Origin: Raillietiella orientalis
Taxonomy: Eukaryota
DNA: 64,000 nt
Assembly (NCBI GenBank): GCA_036172245.1
Contig: JAYWIR010000049.1
Coordinates: forward strand, 1,178,001-1,242,000
Reading direction: 5' to 3'
The notes beneath the pieces are model-generated. The model did no database searches. It saw only the letters and a list, made by a program, of their open reading frames with translations, and was not told where the DNA came from. Positions 1 through 12,642 of the stretch are shown here, piece by piece. The first letter of the stretch is position 1. Each line of letters starts with the position of its first letter. Position numbers and translations under genes: made by a program.

Positions 1-543
1 GTGAGTCCTCAACTAATTTCTAAGTATGGGAATCTGTTCATGCATTGGGGACCAGCTGTGAATTCAGCTGCTCCCTCACACCATGGTAATTGCAGTCTTC
101 AGCTACAATGGGGGACTTTGTGAAGTCGACCAACCGTTGGTCTTGAGATACTTCAAGGCAACGCGTTCTCCCTTGAGCATACCTCATCGAATAGTTTCGG
201 AAAACTTCTTCGAGCTGTAGGATAACTTTCGGAGAACCAGAAAGCACCAGAGACTTGTCCCCTTTGGTGTGCTTTGGATCCTTGCTGAAGGTCTTTCCCT
301 CATTTGGAGCACTTCCAAATTGAGCCTGTTTGTACCGCTCTTAGCTACTCCAGAAAGTTTAGCTATCTCTTTTTGGGTAGATTTGTACGGGGACTCAGGA
401 TCGACTGGGAACCGTGATCAAAAGCTGTTCGCATGGAACCCTTCTCCACATCAGACCTCCAGGATCTCACTGGAGTTTTTGCTACTAGCACCAAGATCTG
501 CGCCGACGGAGACTCCAGGCAAACTCATACTTAAATTCTTTTG

Positions 544-1169
544 CGCGCCCGCCGCGACCCTCCTCGGAACCCGAGGCGCCGTCCGGAAGGCAGGAACGAT
601 TCTGTCCCGGCTCGACGCTTAAGAACCCCACCCATCTCCAGGACCGGTTGCTTCGACAGGTGAGTCGTTACACACTCCTTAGCGGATTCCGACTTCTATG
701 GTTACCGTCCTGCTATCCATAGCAGCCAACACCTTTCATGGGATCTGATGAGCGTCGCATCAGGCACCGTAACCCAAGGTTTGGTTCATTCCACAGCGCC
801 AGTTATGCTTACCCAAATAGACCCACTGGGTCCCCTTGGATCCGATAGTCCGAGCTTCAGCTTTCAAGCAAGCCAGACTTCTCACCCATTTCAAGTTCGA
901 GAATAGGTTAATGTCGTTTCGGCCCGAAGACCTCGGATCATTCTCTTTACCGGATGAGACTCCGTTCTTTTTCCGCTACAGCAAGCTCCAGCTTTCCCGA
1001 GGGAAACCTTGGAGGGAACCAGCAGCTACCATATGGTTCGATTCGTCTTTCGGACCCCACGCCCGGTCTCCAACGACCAATTTGCACGTCAGGGGGCGCT
1101 GCGGGTCTCCACCAGACCACAAGCGGTGCCCCATTAGCTTCGTGCTGGCCAGGCATAGTTCACCATCTT
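544..1169 (-). pseudogene. 28S (LSU) rRNA gene fragment, diverged
   Basis: The reverse complement contains conserved eukaryotic 28S cores: AAGATGGTGAACTATGCCTG (1150-1169), GGAGTGTGTAACGACTCACCTG (~657-678) and AGGAGGGTCGCGGCGG (~549-564). It is only ~0.6 kb, has substitutions and has no other rDNA around it. Confidence 0.9.
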
Positions 1170-1289
1170 GGTTGTCATGCCGGCCTTGCTGTTCGTTTCT
1201 TCTATGAATCAGTAAACTGCAGTATGACTCAATACAGCTTTAGTTTTGGGGATCTTTCAATAACTGTGGATAAGTCTTACATGACCTTT

Positions 1290-2100
1290 GTCGCTGGGAA
1301 TATGCAACTTTCGCCTATGCAGCGCTTTTTCGGTTTTAAGCTCCGGTGGGTAGAGTGAACCTGCTCACAAAAATGGACCGCTTTTAAGAAGATCTGTTTG
1401 ACCGCACGCACATACTTCCGGAAGGAGCACTCTCTCCTCTTTGCCCACCTGCTGCCTCCAGACCACTCTTTCGCTAAAGTTGAAAAGTTGCATGATTTTC
1501 AGCAAGCTATCGGCTCTATGGCCGCCACTGAGAAGTGCGTATCCATGTCTTCTTACAACGAAAAATTGGAACGAGAAATGCTATATGCAATGTAGAATGA
1601 GATCTTTGCACGTTAAATGAGATCATGGATCTCATTTAGGAGGACATAGCAGAAGAGGTTGTTCTCATTGTCCAAAGAAGTAATGCATGATAATTTGCTT
1701 CGCTACAACAATCTCGGCTTCTCAACGACAACATCCATTGGCAGAACCTTCAATTTTTCCCATTTCTTCGAGCAAGTGTCTCTATATAGCTTTCCATACT
1801 CCTCGTATAGAAACCTCAACTTTGCAGAAAGCGCACTTTCTCCTGACATCACTTTCTTGGAAAGTTTGGACTACCGCAACTGTCACGAACAAGGAAGCAA
1901 ATGTTGACAGGAGTGGGGGATGTGTCAAGGCAGTGGAATGGACAAGAAGTGAAAGTCTCTCTTCTGCAACCAAAACAATCTTCTTAGACGATCACCTACT
2001 AAATTTGCACCGAAAAGCTGTTAGAAAACTGACTGTGTTGGACCATGAATCAAGGGGCATATGCCCGTTCTGCTTTCAGAGTTAAACAGGAAGGTAGTAG
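1290..2100 (+). mobile_element. Possible highly decayed L1-clade LINE ORF2 C-terminal region
   Basis: Broken frames give FKLRWVE (post-RT-like) and HRKAVRKLTVLDHESRGICPFC (zf-RVT-like CPxC). Many stops. Confidence 0.3.
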
Positions 2101-4649
2101 CTCGGTTGTCTAGGAAACCAATCCGATTCCTCTCTCGATGGGGCTACGTCCTTGCACATTGCTCGCACCATACGCATTCAGGAGTGATTTGTGACAGCGA
2201 GACTTCCAAGGAAATGTGAAGTGATTCTGTTGTCTGCACCCTTTGCAGCTCCTACGATTGCTCCGAGTTGCTGTGGGCATGCCAAAGACAGACTCATTTC
2301 CGCGATATGCGATACTGAGCGCAGCATTTTCAAGGACATCAACCACCTAATGTTGCATTCTGTTGCTGGAGAAATGCGTTATTCTTGTTTGGTGCATAAC
2401 AACCTCCTCAACATGCAACGCCTGACCAAAGATGCGTTCGGCATTTTCCTGTATGATGGCCCCACCAGGTCCCAAGTAAAAGAGATTTTTCGAAAACACC
2501 TTTGTTTCCTTTTTCTCTCCTCCTCATTGGTTTCTTTGTGAAAGGGGAGCAACGGCAACCTTGGAGGTCCATGCTGCTTTGCAACTTTGCAAATATCCCA
2601 ATACAGCAAACAGCGGAATGTTCTCTGGGAAGGGCCCACTGCACATAGGGACTGACAGAAATTGTATTCACAATTCACAATGTCACGAGGTCATGACTAG
2701 TCGAGTAGACCGTCAGACGGAGCCAACGTGGAGGAAGCATCTTTGTTTGCTCATCGACGAAGTAAGCGTTCAGGACTGAAAAATCATAGAAAGGGAAAAA
2801 AAAAATCTACTTCTCGACGTAGCCCTTGTTAAATGTGATTAGCATTTTTTAGATGCGACTTTCCCATTGGAAAAAAGGAACCGCCTTCGTCTAAAATTAA
2901 AGGCACACGGTGGTTCGAAGTTGTTCGTAAGGGTAGAGAGAGAGAGAGAGCTGTTGAAAAAAGTTCGGTGCTGCCCATTCCAGATTGAAAGACAGAAATT
3001 TCAGCTCGAAAAGAAGTCCAGGCGAGCATCATTCCGTATATCCTCCTCAATCTGCACATTGGAATATTTTTTTTTTTTTGGAAATTGTGCGTGGCGAGGA
3101 GTCGAGCTGTTTCAAGAGTGGCCACCAACAGCAGCCTGGCACTCGATGCAAACAGCTGGAAACAAGGAAAAGAATTCTGCAGCTGCACCCTCCACCTTGA
3201 TTTGAGCAACTGACCACCGCACTGCATCAGAGCGAGCGGCTCCAATTTTTATATCCCTAGTGGACTGACCCGAGGACAGGTACACGGCACTCTGTCTCGG
3301 AAAACCTGTACCTCATTGACGTCCCTGCATGCAAATTGGTTGAGAATGATGGGAGGGAAGATAGTCTGGTAGTGGGAAAGTGCCAACTCTCGAACTCTCC
3401 GGAACTCTCTCGAACACGATCCCTCTCCCCTCCTATTCATAACTCTCGTCTCCACAAAGAGCACAAAGCAATTTCAAGCACCAGCAGTAGCAAGTGCAAA
3501 GCCAAGAAAATGCTTTGGTGTCTCAAAATTATTTCCGATCCGTTGAAAAATTAGCACAAATCGGAGGCTGTTTCTGCAACAGTGTTGCTCAACTGCTGCA
3601 AGCCGATGTGAAATGTCTGAAGTCAAACATTCGAAAGTCTGAACCGCTGCCATGCATCTTGCGGGATGGGAAAGACTTTGTTCATTATACTGCATTTTTT
3701 TTTTTTTTCCATCAGCAAACTCTGCATAATGAGTTGCTGAGCAGCACTGAGAAGGTTCCGAGAACGATTCTCGGAACCTCTGCCAACCGTTCGACGGTGT
3801 GTCACTTTCCTGCGGTGCCAGCAGAGGCCAAAGTAGCAAAAAGACTTTTTGCACATTCTGAAAAAAGAGACTACTGAAAGAAGCCTCTCTTCCTTGGATG
3901 CATTGTCCGACTCACACGAACCGTTCAGCTCCAGATCCTCTACGCGACATCTCACATGCCGCCCCCTCACAAGCTGTTGCACCCTCGGTGTGACGACGTT
4001 TGCAGTCAATGAGCGAGAAGACTCCACTCAGAAGCAGGTCCACTGACCGCTCACTGTCCTCGCTGCCTATAGCTAAAATGGCTGGATGGTCACAGAGGGA
4101 ACAACGGTTTGAATGCCATCTCATTAACGAAAAAGAAACGCATCGCCCACTCAAGCAATGTTTTCAGCTCTTTGGAAGCGGTGGATGCAGCTTCTTCGTT
4201 CGTGCCTCCGTGACCTCAGGTGAGCGTCGCTCTATTCTAGGCTACATGCCTTTCCTCTTTGGAGGGAATCGCACTTCCTCTGGTAGATATGAAATAACGA
4301 CCAGGGAATGCATTGTCGATTAGCTCATAGATCGCAAGAGATGCTGTTTTCTCCCAAATGAAGTCAGAAAAGGGACGCAAACCCTTGGCTGCATAGAAGC
4401 GAACGTAAAAAGGCGTTGGCACTCAAAGTCGGAGACTCCTCTCATATGAATTGGTGATTTCTCACCAATGCTGCTTGCAGCTGAAAAGCGCATTCGAGCT
4501 ACCTCACGAAGCAAGCAAGATTGTAGCAATGAACGGGTGGAGAAGACGGATAGCAGCAGGCAAACAAATGATTCGTAGTGATGGTGGTTTCTGCTCGATG
4601 CTCTCGAGGAACAAAGAACCAGAAGCAATGCACACATCGGCAGAAAATT

Positions 4650-5560
4650 GGCGGTTAAAGTGCGCATGCATTGGAAGCAGGTGAGCAAAGGCTGATGATG
4701 AATTTGCAGTAATGATTACGTTGCTTTCTTAATGGTCTGACATTGCTAGAAAAAGCAAGTGCAAGAGTTATAACGAAACGAAGGTCTACTATGGCTGGAG
4801 AGTTGGCAATTCTGAAGAAAACTTCTCTGTCATCAAGTGAGTTTCTGACCTTCTTTTGCGAAGACTTGTTCCATCTTGTGGTTCCATCTGGAAGAAACGA
4901 ACCATCGATTTCCCGCAACTTCTCCTGAACCTCTGATCACAGCATTGCAACTTTTCACCGAAGAACGGCTAACCCCTCATGTTCAGCAAGCAGGAGGTAC
5001 ATCTGCATCCTTTCCCCAGGGATCATGATCCCTGCAGTTCCCTGCACCTTGGAAAGCCGACTCCGACATCCCTTCTTTTCTCAGATTTCCTCTCTGGAGC
5101 AAGCGTGAGATTCGGAGACAATGCGGCTGCTCACGTGGAGTTCGCGACACTTCTGCGTGGAACGTGCGTTTTAGTTAGAATCTCGAAGAAGGCACCAACG
5201 AACCCCGCTCTCTGAAGCAGACGGAGCGCCTTCGCGGAAGCAACGTGAAGCATCCATTAGGCCGACGAGTTTCAAGCCATCGCGGGCACATATGTGGCTC
5301 TGCTATCCTATTAACAAGTACATGTGATAAATTGTTGTCCCTCATGAGCCAGAGCCGTACAAGTAGAAACTCGTAGCTAAGTAACCGGAATCCAGGGCCT
5401 GCAAGGACGGGAAATTTTTTGAAACTCTTGTGGTTTTCTGCTCTTTGGGCAGAACGATGGATTCCCAAAGAGGAAATTCCCACACTTGCTTCTTGGTACC
5501 CAAGGCATGTCAGGTCTCCTAGTGTAGCAGCTGCCCATCCCTGGAAGCAGAGTGACGTCA
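4650..5560 (-). mobile_element. Possible decayed LINE zinc-knuckle (zf-RVT-like) remnants
   Basis: REVFFRIANS...RPLRKQRNHYC and RDNNLSHVLVNRIAEPHMCPR resemble the C-terminal zf-RVT region of L1-like ORF2. The similarity is weak. Confidence 0.25.
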
Positions 5561-5869
5561 CAAACTACTGACACGAATCGTAGAAGTGCTCTTTGCGCAA
5601 GCACTCCTTTCGTGGGTTGTAGTGTGATGACTGTGGTCCAAGTTCATCATTATGAAGTCAAAATCCGAAGTTCATGTGCCGAAGTGGGCATGCAAGATTG
5701 CTCCATTTCTCATTGGCACTTAGACTGGGATGCACTTGATTTGGATCGCGACTGGTCCTCGATCTTGGACACAGAATGACTTTGCATTTTCACGGTCACT
5801 CCAGGGTGTTTATTGTGAAACAGTATTTACAATAAAAAGGTCGAAGTGGAAAAAAAGGCCATTTGTCCT

Positions 5870-6520
5870 CGGCGGGAGGGCAATCCCACTACCTCGACAA
5901 TTCTCAATGGAAGTAGCTGCTCAGGAGCAGCTTGGCGGAAAAAGTTCCCAGAGGGAAAAGTGAAGGGAAAGGGAAACAAATCAATAAATGTCCAACAAAC
6001 ATAAGATACAAAATACTGAGAGGCAGGGGAAGTCACACGGTGTACTCCTTAGCGTCCTCTGCATCCTTTGGAGAGTCCTCTCCTGCTGAGAAAACGCGGC
6101 CATCTCGTGGTCATCCCCCAAAAGGAGATCACCAGCGGAAAGGTATCTCTGCTCTTCCGGCCTCCATCATAATCGCAGCTTTTCGCCACCACGACCCCGC
6201 GTAAGCAGCGCAGAGCTGCGATCGACTCCCCAGGCGACATTCCGCTGCGAGCGAAGAGGCCTCTCAGCACTCTTCTGTGTCTCTCGGTGAGCCCGGGATC
6301 CAATGTTCCCAAACACTCTGAAGGGAAACGCATTCGAAAAGCAGGTGCGGGAAAGTTTCCCTTGCACCGGCCCCGGTCCAGTAGTGGAGGCATGCCTTGC
6401 ATGGAATAGCCCGATGCCGCAGTCGCGACGCCGTGTCCTGCCACTTCATGGACTTAAGGATTGGAATCTCTTCATCGTTCCGAGAGTTTTGCGAGTGCTA
6501 CCCCCGTTTCCAAGTGCGTA
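5870..6520 (-). mobile_element. L1/Tx1-like LINE 3' fragment, related to the 8.4-11.1 kb copy
   Basis: GAGARETFPHLLFEC parallels CGARESFPHFVLYC in the 8621-9454 ORF. It is followed by PGESIAALRCLRGVVVA and a pyrimidine-rich 3' UTR. Confidence 0.65.
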
Positions 6521-7038
6521 TTGTTTCAGCTTAATCTCAAGATAGTCAGATGGCAACGAAAGCTGCAGTCGACTGCATGCGCAAGTTCCGAAGCCGGAGG
6601 AAACGTTGAGCGGGCTGTCTCTGTCTCCATAAGACGTTCGACTGCGTTAATCAATAAATTCTGAAACTTCTGGAACGCCTTGGACTCCCAACATGCCTCC
6701 TCGTTCACTTGCGTTCTCCATGGCGCAACCTGATTATCCATTTGTTTCCAAGCGGCTCTTACATGTCCAGCGTTGCTGTGCACAAAGACAGGAGGCAGGG
6801 CACAGCTTAAGCCCTATGCTCTTCAGTATCTACTTCAACTTGGTGTTGTAGACATATAAGATGACACTGGCCAACCTGCCCAGCTCTTGTCAGCGTACTC
6901 CCGTAGCCGCCTATGAGAACGAACTGCTTCTCCTGCTGCCCATGCTCACCCCGGCGTGCAGTTTCCAAGGTTTCTTCAAGTCGATCAGTAGGGGAGTCGA
7001 TCCGTAGGGAAGAGCATGGCTGCCCGGCCATGCTCCTC

Positions 7039-7490
7039 TTGACCCTCTATAGCCCGAATCTTTTTTTACGGCTGTAAAAAAAATTTGGTAACGTGAAATT
7101 AACAAATGATCAACCTCTAAATACAAATTAATGATGAATTCAGTAGTTTAAATGACTTTACTATAACGAATATGCTTTGTAACTTTGGGGTTACAATGGC
7201 GTGCAACGTTTGCACTTGTGCGCATAAAAACTGACGTGTGGAATTTCATAAAACAGTTTGTACTTGGCGTTAAACACAGATGTACGTTGCATTTCGAACA
7301 TTTTATTTTGGGAACTCCTTTGCATCCCGGCTTTCTGCAGCGTCCCCTCTTAGCATCCGAAAAGGTTGGCCAATGTGCTATTTCATCTTTTCTCACGTTT
7401 TCGACTGGAAGTGTTGCACTTGCTTCCCTTTCCTTCTCCTCTTCTAACTGTTTATCTACAGGAGTTGATACACCGAATCCCACCATTACA
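7039..7490 (-). mobile_element. piggyBac-family transposon 3' end (transposase C-terminal cysteine-rich domain plus candidate TIR)
   Basis: HWP..RGRCRKPGCKGVPKIKCSKCNVHLCLTPSTNCFMKFH is the piggyBac cysteine-rich-domain pattern. TTGA|CCCTCTATAGCCC at 7039-7055 resembles a TTAA|CCC terminus. Confidence 0.8.
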
Positions 7491-8379
7491 GCTCATTGTG
7501 ACTTGAAAGTTACAAAGCCATACCGTGCGAAAATAACAAAATGATTCTTAAAATGCAAACAAGTGAGAGATAACTGATATGCAAACCAAGAGCTATTACG
7601 TAGACTTTTTTTCGTTTATCAAAACACCGATAGAACGAAAGATAATAACAACTGCAAAGGATGCTTCCCACAACTTCCATCCACAGACAACTCGCAAAAG
7701 CATTTACCCCTCGATATCTCGGGTTAGAGTTGATATCCGTCACCAAGACCGCTATTGGTTACCAAGGAGACTTTATGCAAGATGTATATGTCGCCTTGCG
7801 GTAAGAAATCAAATACATCAATAAGATACCGATATATTAGGATGTGACTTCAAAGTTGCATCGGAGGTAGTCTGATACTTGATCCTCCTGGGGATCTCCA
7901 CGAGCAGGTGCTTGAAGTATTTGATCGTTCTTTCGGGCGCGTTGCAGACGCTTTGTCAGTCTGCCTTCAAAAAGCTGTTCACCCAGTTGCGCTGGACCAT
8001 TCATTCCATAAGCAACACTACATTTAGCCAAAGAACTGCGTTTCTTGCAAGTCAATAAATTGAAAACACAGTTCCGTCAAGAGGACTTGCCGACTCGCAG
8101 AAAAACCATCTTGCCAATTGTCTGCAGTATTTGGGAGAGAAGGGAACGAACAGATACATAGGTGGTGGAGAGGGGATACGGTAACCAGGAAAGCTGGTGC
8201 TCTCTTACAGCCTCCACAAGATGTTGGCTACTTCTTCGCTGACTCTTTGCTAACGTCCAGAGTTGCGCGTTTCGCTAATGCCGCGGACGCTACAGGAAGT
8301 TTCTTACCCGGTCATGCCGGGACGTTTATTTGCATAAACCAGCTGGAAACAGTTGTTTCCAGCCGATGACTACAAAAAA

Positions 8380-11075
8380 CCAACAACGGAGATGCGCCAC
8401 TGGCACGCAGGCCAGGAAAACGGAAGGTCCGGAACGGGTGAGGGAGGAGGGGACTACAAACAGAAAAGAACAGTCTAAATGGGAAGAAAGGGCCAGAGAT
8501 CTTTGGTGACGCTCCGCAGTCACCGGGAAAATCAAAGAGTAATAGCACCAAAAGCACTACGGAGCAAATGGGAGAAAGGGCGCGAAAACAAAAATGAAAT
8601 TAAATGGGAATAAATGTGGATCACTGGGATCGTCGTTCCAAACCGTAGGTAATCTGGCTATGGATGCCGGTGAGCTTTACCGTTGCGTTTTTGATTAATT
8701 GGCACCACCCAGCTGCCACACTGATAAAGTCGGCTGTCTTCCAGGTGACACAACATCGCTGCCTAGTGTTCTCCAGCACGTCTCGGACCGTGACGATGGC
8801 GCGGATGCAACCAACGGTCGCAATCATCGCTGCCGTCGAAGGTCCTTGTGGCTGGAAGAACCGTCGCAGCACTTCACGAGCAGTGTCCCTCGGTGACAGG
8901 AGTGCTGCTGCCAACCTCCGGCAGAGTTCGTGGAGGGCACCGCAGTACAAAACAAAGTGCGGGAATGACTCCCTCGCCCCGCACCGGGCACAGCACCGGG
9001 GGGTAGCCACCCCACCGGAAACTCGGTGCCGCCGCTCATTGTAGTGCAAACCCCAGTGCAAGAAGAGCAAAACGTCCTGCCTCCAGGCAAGAGGAAACAC
9101 CGAACCCTCCAAACAGCAGGGAGGGACTATCACTTCCTCGGGGGCAACACTAAGAGCTTCTTCCCACCGAAAGAGTATCTTTGACGTAGCACGAGAAGTG
9201 GCAGCATCCGCCAGCTCTCTCGTGTCCCATTCGCCAAGGAGTTTTCTTCTTCCTGCGATGGTGCAGGAGAACCCCCACCTCACCGGTTGGCTACTGTCTT
9301 CTCTAGCCTCGAGGGCAGACAGTGCTTCGGCGAGGGGCGTAGTGGCCAGGGAGGAAAACTTCACCTCGTCCTGCTTCACATCTTGGAGTGGCCAAGGTTG
9401 GAATTGACGCAGGGGGCGAAGATCTTCGGGGCTCATTCTCAGGAATGCAGCCAAGAATCAACAGATTCCTGCCGCCAAGCATTGCAGTTCATTGGGCGGC
9501 AGGAAATACAGAATTGGCTCGCAACAGTGAGGCGAGTTGCCTCAAAGGATAGCCAAACCCCTGTGGCGCCTGCCCGGCACCAAGGAAAAAAGTCCTTCAT
9601 TGCCAGCACACCCCCGTAGGAGGATGCGCGCAGGCGCACAGAGCAGAGAAGTCCATAGCTCGGCACACAGTGCGAGCATCCGGAACTGCACCTGCAGCCC
9701 GATTCTCTCCATCGTAAGGATGCCAAGTCCAGCATCCCGACTGCAGCCGTCAGGTCTTTGAGGCGGATCCTGGATCGCGCCGGACCCCAGAGAGCGTTCC
9801 TTAGCAGGCGTTTAGCTCGCTCTTTTGCCGCGTAGGGGGGGTCCAAAACAAAAAACAGGGGTCAGAGGTGGGGGACCATGAAGGTGTTCCAAATAGCTGC
9901 CCGTTCCGGCAAGGTAAACTTGCCATTAATGAACGGGATGGAGGCCAACTCTGCCTGATGAAGCAGCGGCAGCACCGAGGTCGCCCAACGGAACGCCAAG
10001 GTATTTGAAATACCGGCCCGTGGGGATCCCCAGGCAGATCCACTCGGACTGCCGCTCCCACGACGCTCTCCCAGGAACGACCGCTCCCCAACGCTCTTCT
10101 TCCTGTCCACGCTCACTCCCGCTCCCCGACGAATCAGGTCGAAGAAATCTTCGATACTGGACGCCGGGGTGGACATGGGGACCAGAAGAAGCAGGTCATC
10201 TGCATAGGCAGCCACGGCAGGCGTTCCCGGGCAAGAGCTAGGCAGGTACTCCAGCGTCAGCCTGTACGCCCTCAGCATCAACTCAACGAAGATGCTGAAA
10301 AGCAGCGGGCTTAAGCTGTAGCCCGTACACGTGGCAGCCGCTAAAAGAAACGCAGGTTAGCGCGTGGCGCCAGCAAGCGCGCAAGTAAATCAAGAGTTGC
10401 GCCGGGAGACCGAGGCATTCCAAGAGGAGTCCCTGGTTTACGCAATCGAACGCCTTGTGGAGATCGACTGCGACCGCCAAGGCACCCGGCGTACCCTCCT
10501 ACCGCTTCTGCCGATACCGTCTGTCTTCGGCAGCGGCCTTTGACACGGCCCGGCTTTGCTGCGCTACGCGCTCCTGCAGCTGCATCCAGGAGCGGGCGAA
10601 CATGAGGTTCTCGTCCATGGACCGCCCGGGAATAGCGTAAGTCTGCTCCGGGCTTACCAAGCAGACTGCGCGATCCTCCCTAGCCGCGCGACACAGCTTG
10701 GAGAACAGCTTCATGCCCGAGTTCACCAAGGTGACCGGGCGCCAGTTGTTCAGATGGCGTGCGTCTCCACCTTTCTGCAAGAGACGCACCCTCGCTGAGC
10801 GGAAGGAATTGGGGACATCCCCTGAAACCCCCATCAGCGACAAGAGTCTGAGACGAGCTCCGCCGCGAAGCACTGATAAAAAACTCCGCGGGGAGCCCAT
10901 CCTTGCCTGGCGCTTTTCGTCTCTTGAGCCCCGCGATGGCGGAGGAAATTTCCTCCGCCGTGAAGGACTCGTCCAGACGTGCGCGTTCCTCCTCGCTGAC
11001 GACGGGAGCATCCTGAGACAAGAGTAAGTGGGAAAGTCGCAATCACTGCGAGGGGCACTCTGGCGCGGACATCCG
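8380..11075 (-). mobile_element. 5'-truncated, frameshifted L1/Tx1-clade non-LTR retrotransposon (RT plus C-terminal zinc knuckle)
   Basis: Motifs in order: FTAEEISSAI..KAPGKDGLPAEFF; LLQKGGD..NWRPVTLVN..KLFSK; SPEQTYAIPGRSM; VDLHKAFDCVN; AYADDLLL; then CARCGARESFPHFVLYC. Multiple frameshifts. Confidence 0.9.
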
Positions 11076-11077
11076 AC

Positions 11078-11130
11078 AAGGATTCCAGCTGCTAACACGT
11101 AGCGATTTGTAAATCGCAGGAACGTGTTGC
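11078..11130. repeat. Nested palindrome resembling Wolbachia intergenic palindromic elements
   Basis: AACACGT..GCGATTT-GT-AAATCGC..ACGTGTT forms a nested hairpin. The lead-in GGATTCCAGCTGCTAACACGTAGCG resembles Wolbachia repeat motifs as I recall them (not searched). Confidence 0.4.
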
Positions 11131-11222
11131 CAGATTTTATAAAATTTATTATCCTCAAGACTTGAAGTCTTCACATGTTTTGTATGTACAATGCGTTTAT
11201 TAATGAAGATCCGGGGAGAACG

Positions 11223-11753
11223 ATGGAAGAGAAATTAATATATTACTTTGGTAAGGACAGTTGTGAAGGCAACGCAGAAATGAAAAGGCTGCTAAGGGGA
11301 AAAGGGGCAAATTTAGCGGGAATGTGCGATATCGGTGTTCCTGTTCCTCCTGGTTTTGCAATTTCTACTTCTGCTTGTAAGCAAGATTGTCTGACAATCT
11401 GCGTGATGAAATCAAGGAATACGCGGCAACTCTCGGAGGTGACGTTGGCTGTAAGTTCGGGGATTTGGATAATAACCCTTTGCTACCTTCAATACGCTCT
11501 GGTAGCGTCAATTCAATGCCAGGCATGCTCGCTACTATTTTAAATGTTGGTCTGAATGATGAAACTGTTGTTGGGATTATAAGAAAACCAATGGAGGAAC
11601 CGGTGAGGTTATGCTTAGCATTCTTCTACAATTTCATCCGAGTTATCACAAGCATTCAAAACAATAATTAGCTGGATAGATGAAATCAAAACGATCAAAG
11701 TGAGAGCAAATGCCGATACGCCAAAAGATGCAGAGATTGCGAGAAAATTCGGT
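11223..11753 (+). pseudogene. ppdK: Pyruvate phosphate dikinase pseudogene, Wolbachia-like, internally deleted and 3'-truncated
   Basis: GGAG ribosome-binding site, then [53 protein letters not shown]. Near 11588 it jumps to the mid-protein segment [35 protein letters not shown]. Confidence 0.95.
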
Positions 11754-12617
11754 TCGTAGTATTTGTTTGAAGCAAGGACTATCTCGTTACCTTTCTCATC
11801 AAGTTGTAAAATTACTGCTGAACGTCCGTTGCCTATATCATGACCTTTTATCACTTTAAATATTTCAATCTTATCCTTTTCTATAAGTTCTTCTAATTCC
11901 TCGTTCTTTCCATTTAACTCTTCTTCCCTTTGTCTTTCTGCTTCTTCATCAGCTTCCTTTTGTAGTTGTGAGAATACATTTTGTAATACATCTTGTGTTT
12001 GCGTTGCTTAGCAATTTATCTAGTATGTTCGATACAATTGGTAATAATTCACCACGGTCATCAAATACTTTTTCCTTTGCTTCATCATAGTAATTCGGGT
12101 TATAGATGGCATATAGAGGATAAAAACCAGAATCTGCTCTTGACACATTGCTAGATGACAGTTCCATTGAGAACCCGTAGCGATCAAGCGGGAGATTGGA
12201 AGTTAAATATCCACCGCTGTCGCCCTTAATGTAGAACTCATTTCTATTATCATTATGCTCATCATATTTGTTATAGTAGAGATGAAAATTTTCAGGGTCG
12301 AGATTTGAGCAGTTATCTAGATTATCAAGTTGATTCGAACTGCCGAGCTTTTCACGCAAAAGATTTTTGCTCTCGCTTGTGAGCTCTATACGCGATATCA
12401 TCAAAATGATTGGTTAATTGATCTATAGATTCACCTTCTCCTATTCTCAAATTCAGAGGAATCTTATCGTCAACCATTAGTAAGCTCTTGTAAATCATCC
12501 TAACATTTAACAATGATAAGGTGTGTACTATGGAAAACATGTTAATCGTTAAGATTTTTTGTGTATCTTGGTGAGGTACGGTAGGTTCAGTGCATAAGGC
12601 TAGAACAGAAAAAGCAT
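11754..12617 (-). pseudogene. Frameshifted bacterial-type hypothetical protein, probably endosymbiont-derived
   Basis: ORFs 12352-12540, 11949-12404 and 11615-11854 join through frameshifts into one intronless AT-rich gene with an acidic coiled-coil-like stretch (KEADEEAERQREEELNGKNEELEEL). It is truncated head-on against ppdK. The start position is uncertain. Confidence 0.55.
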
Positions 12618-12642
12618 GTTTAGGTTAGCTATTAGTGGTCAA

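Noticed and set aside
2100..4650. Many overlapping 60-140 aa ORFs
   Set aside because: No recognisable domains or splice structure; probably chance ORFs in eroded transposon sequence.
11175..11671. ppdK as a functional horizontally acquired host gene
   Set aside because: Frameshifts, a large internal deletion, a G-to-R change in the GGKG motif and 3' truncation; it cannot encode an active enzyme.
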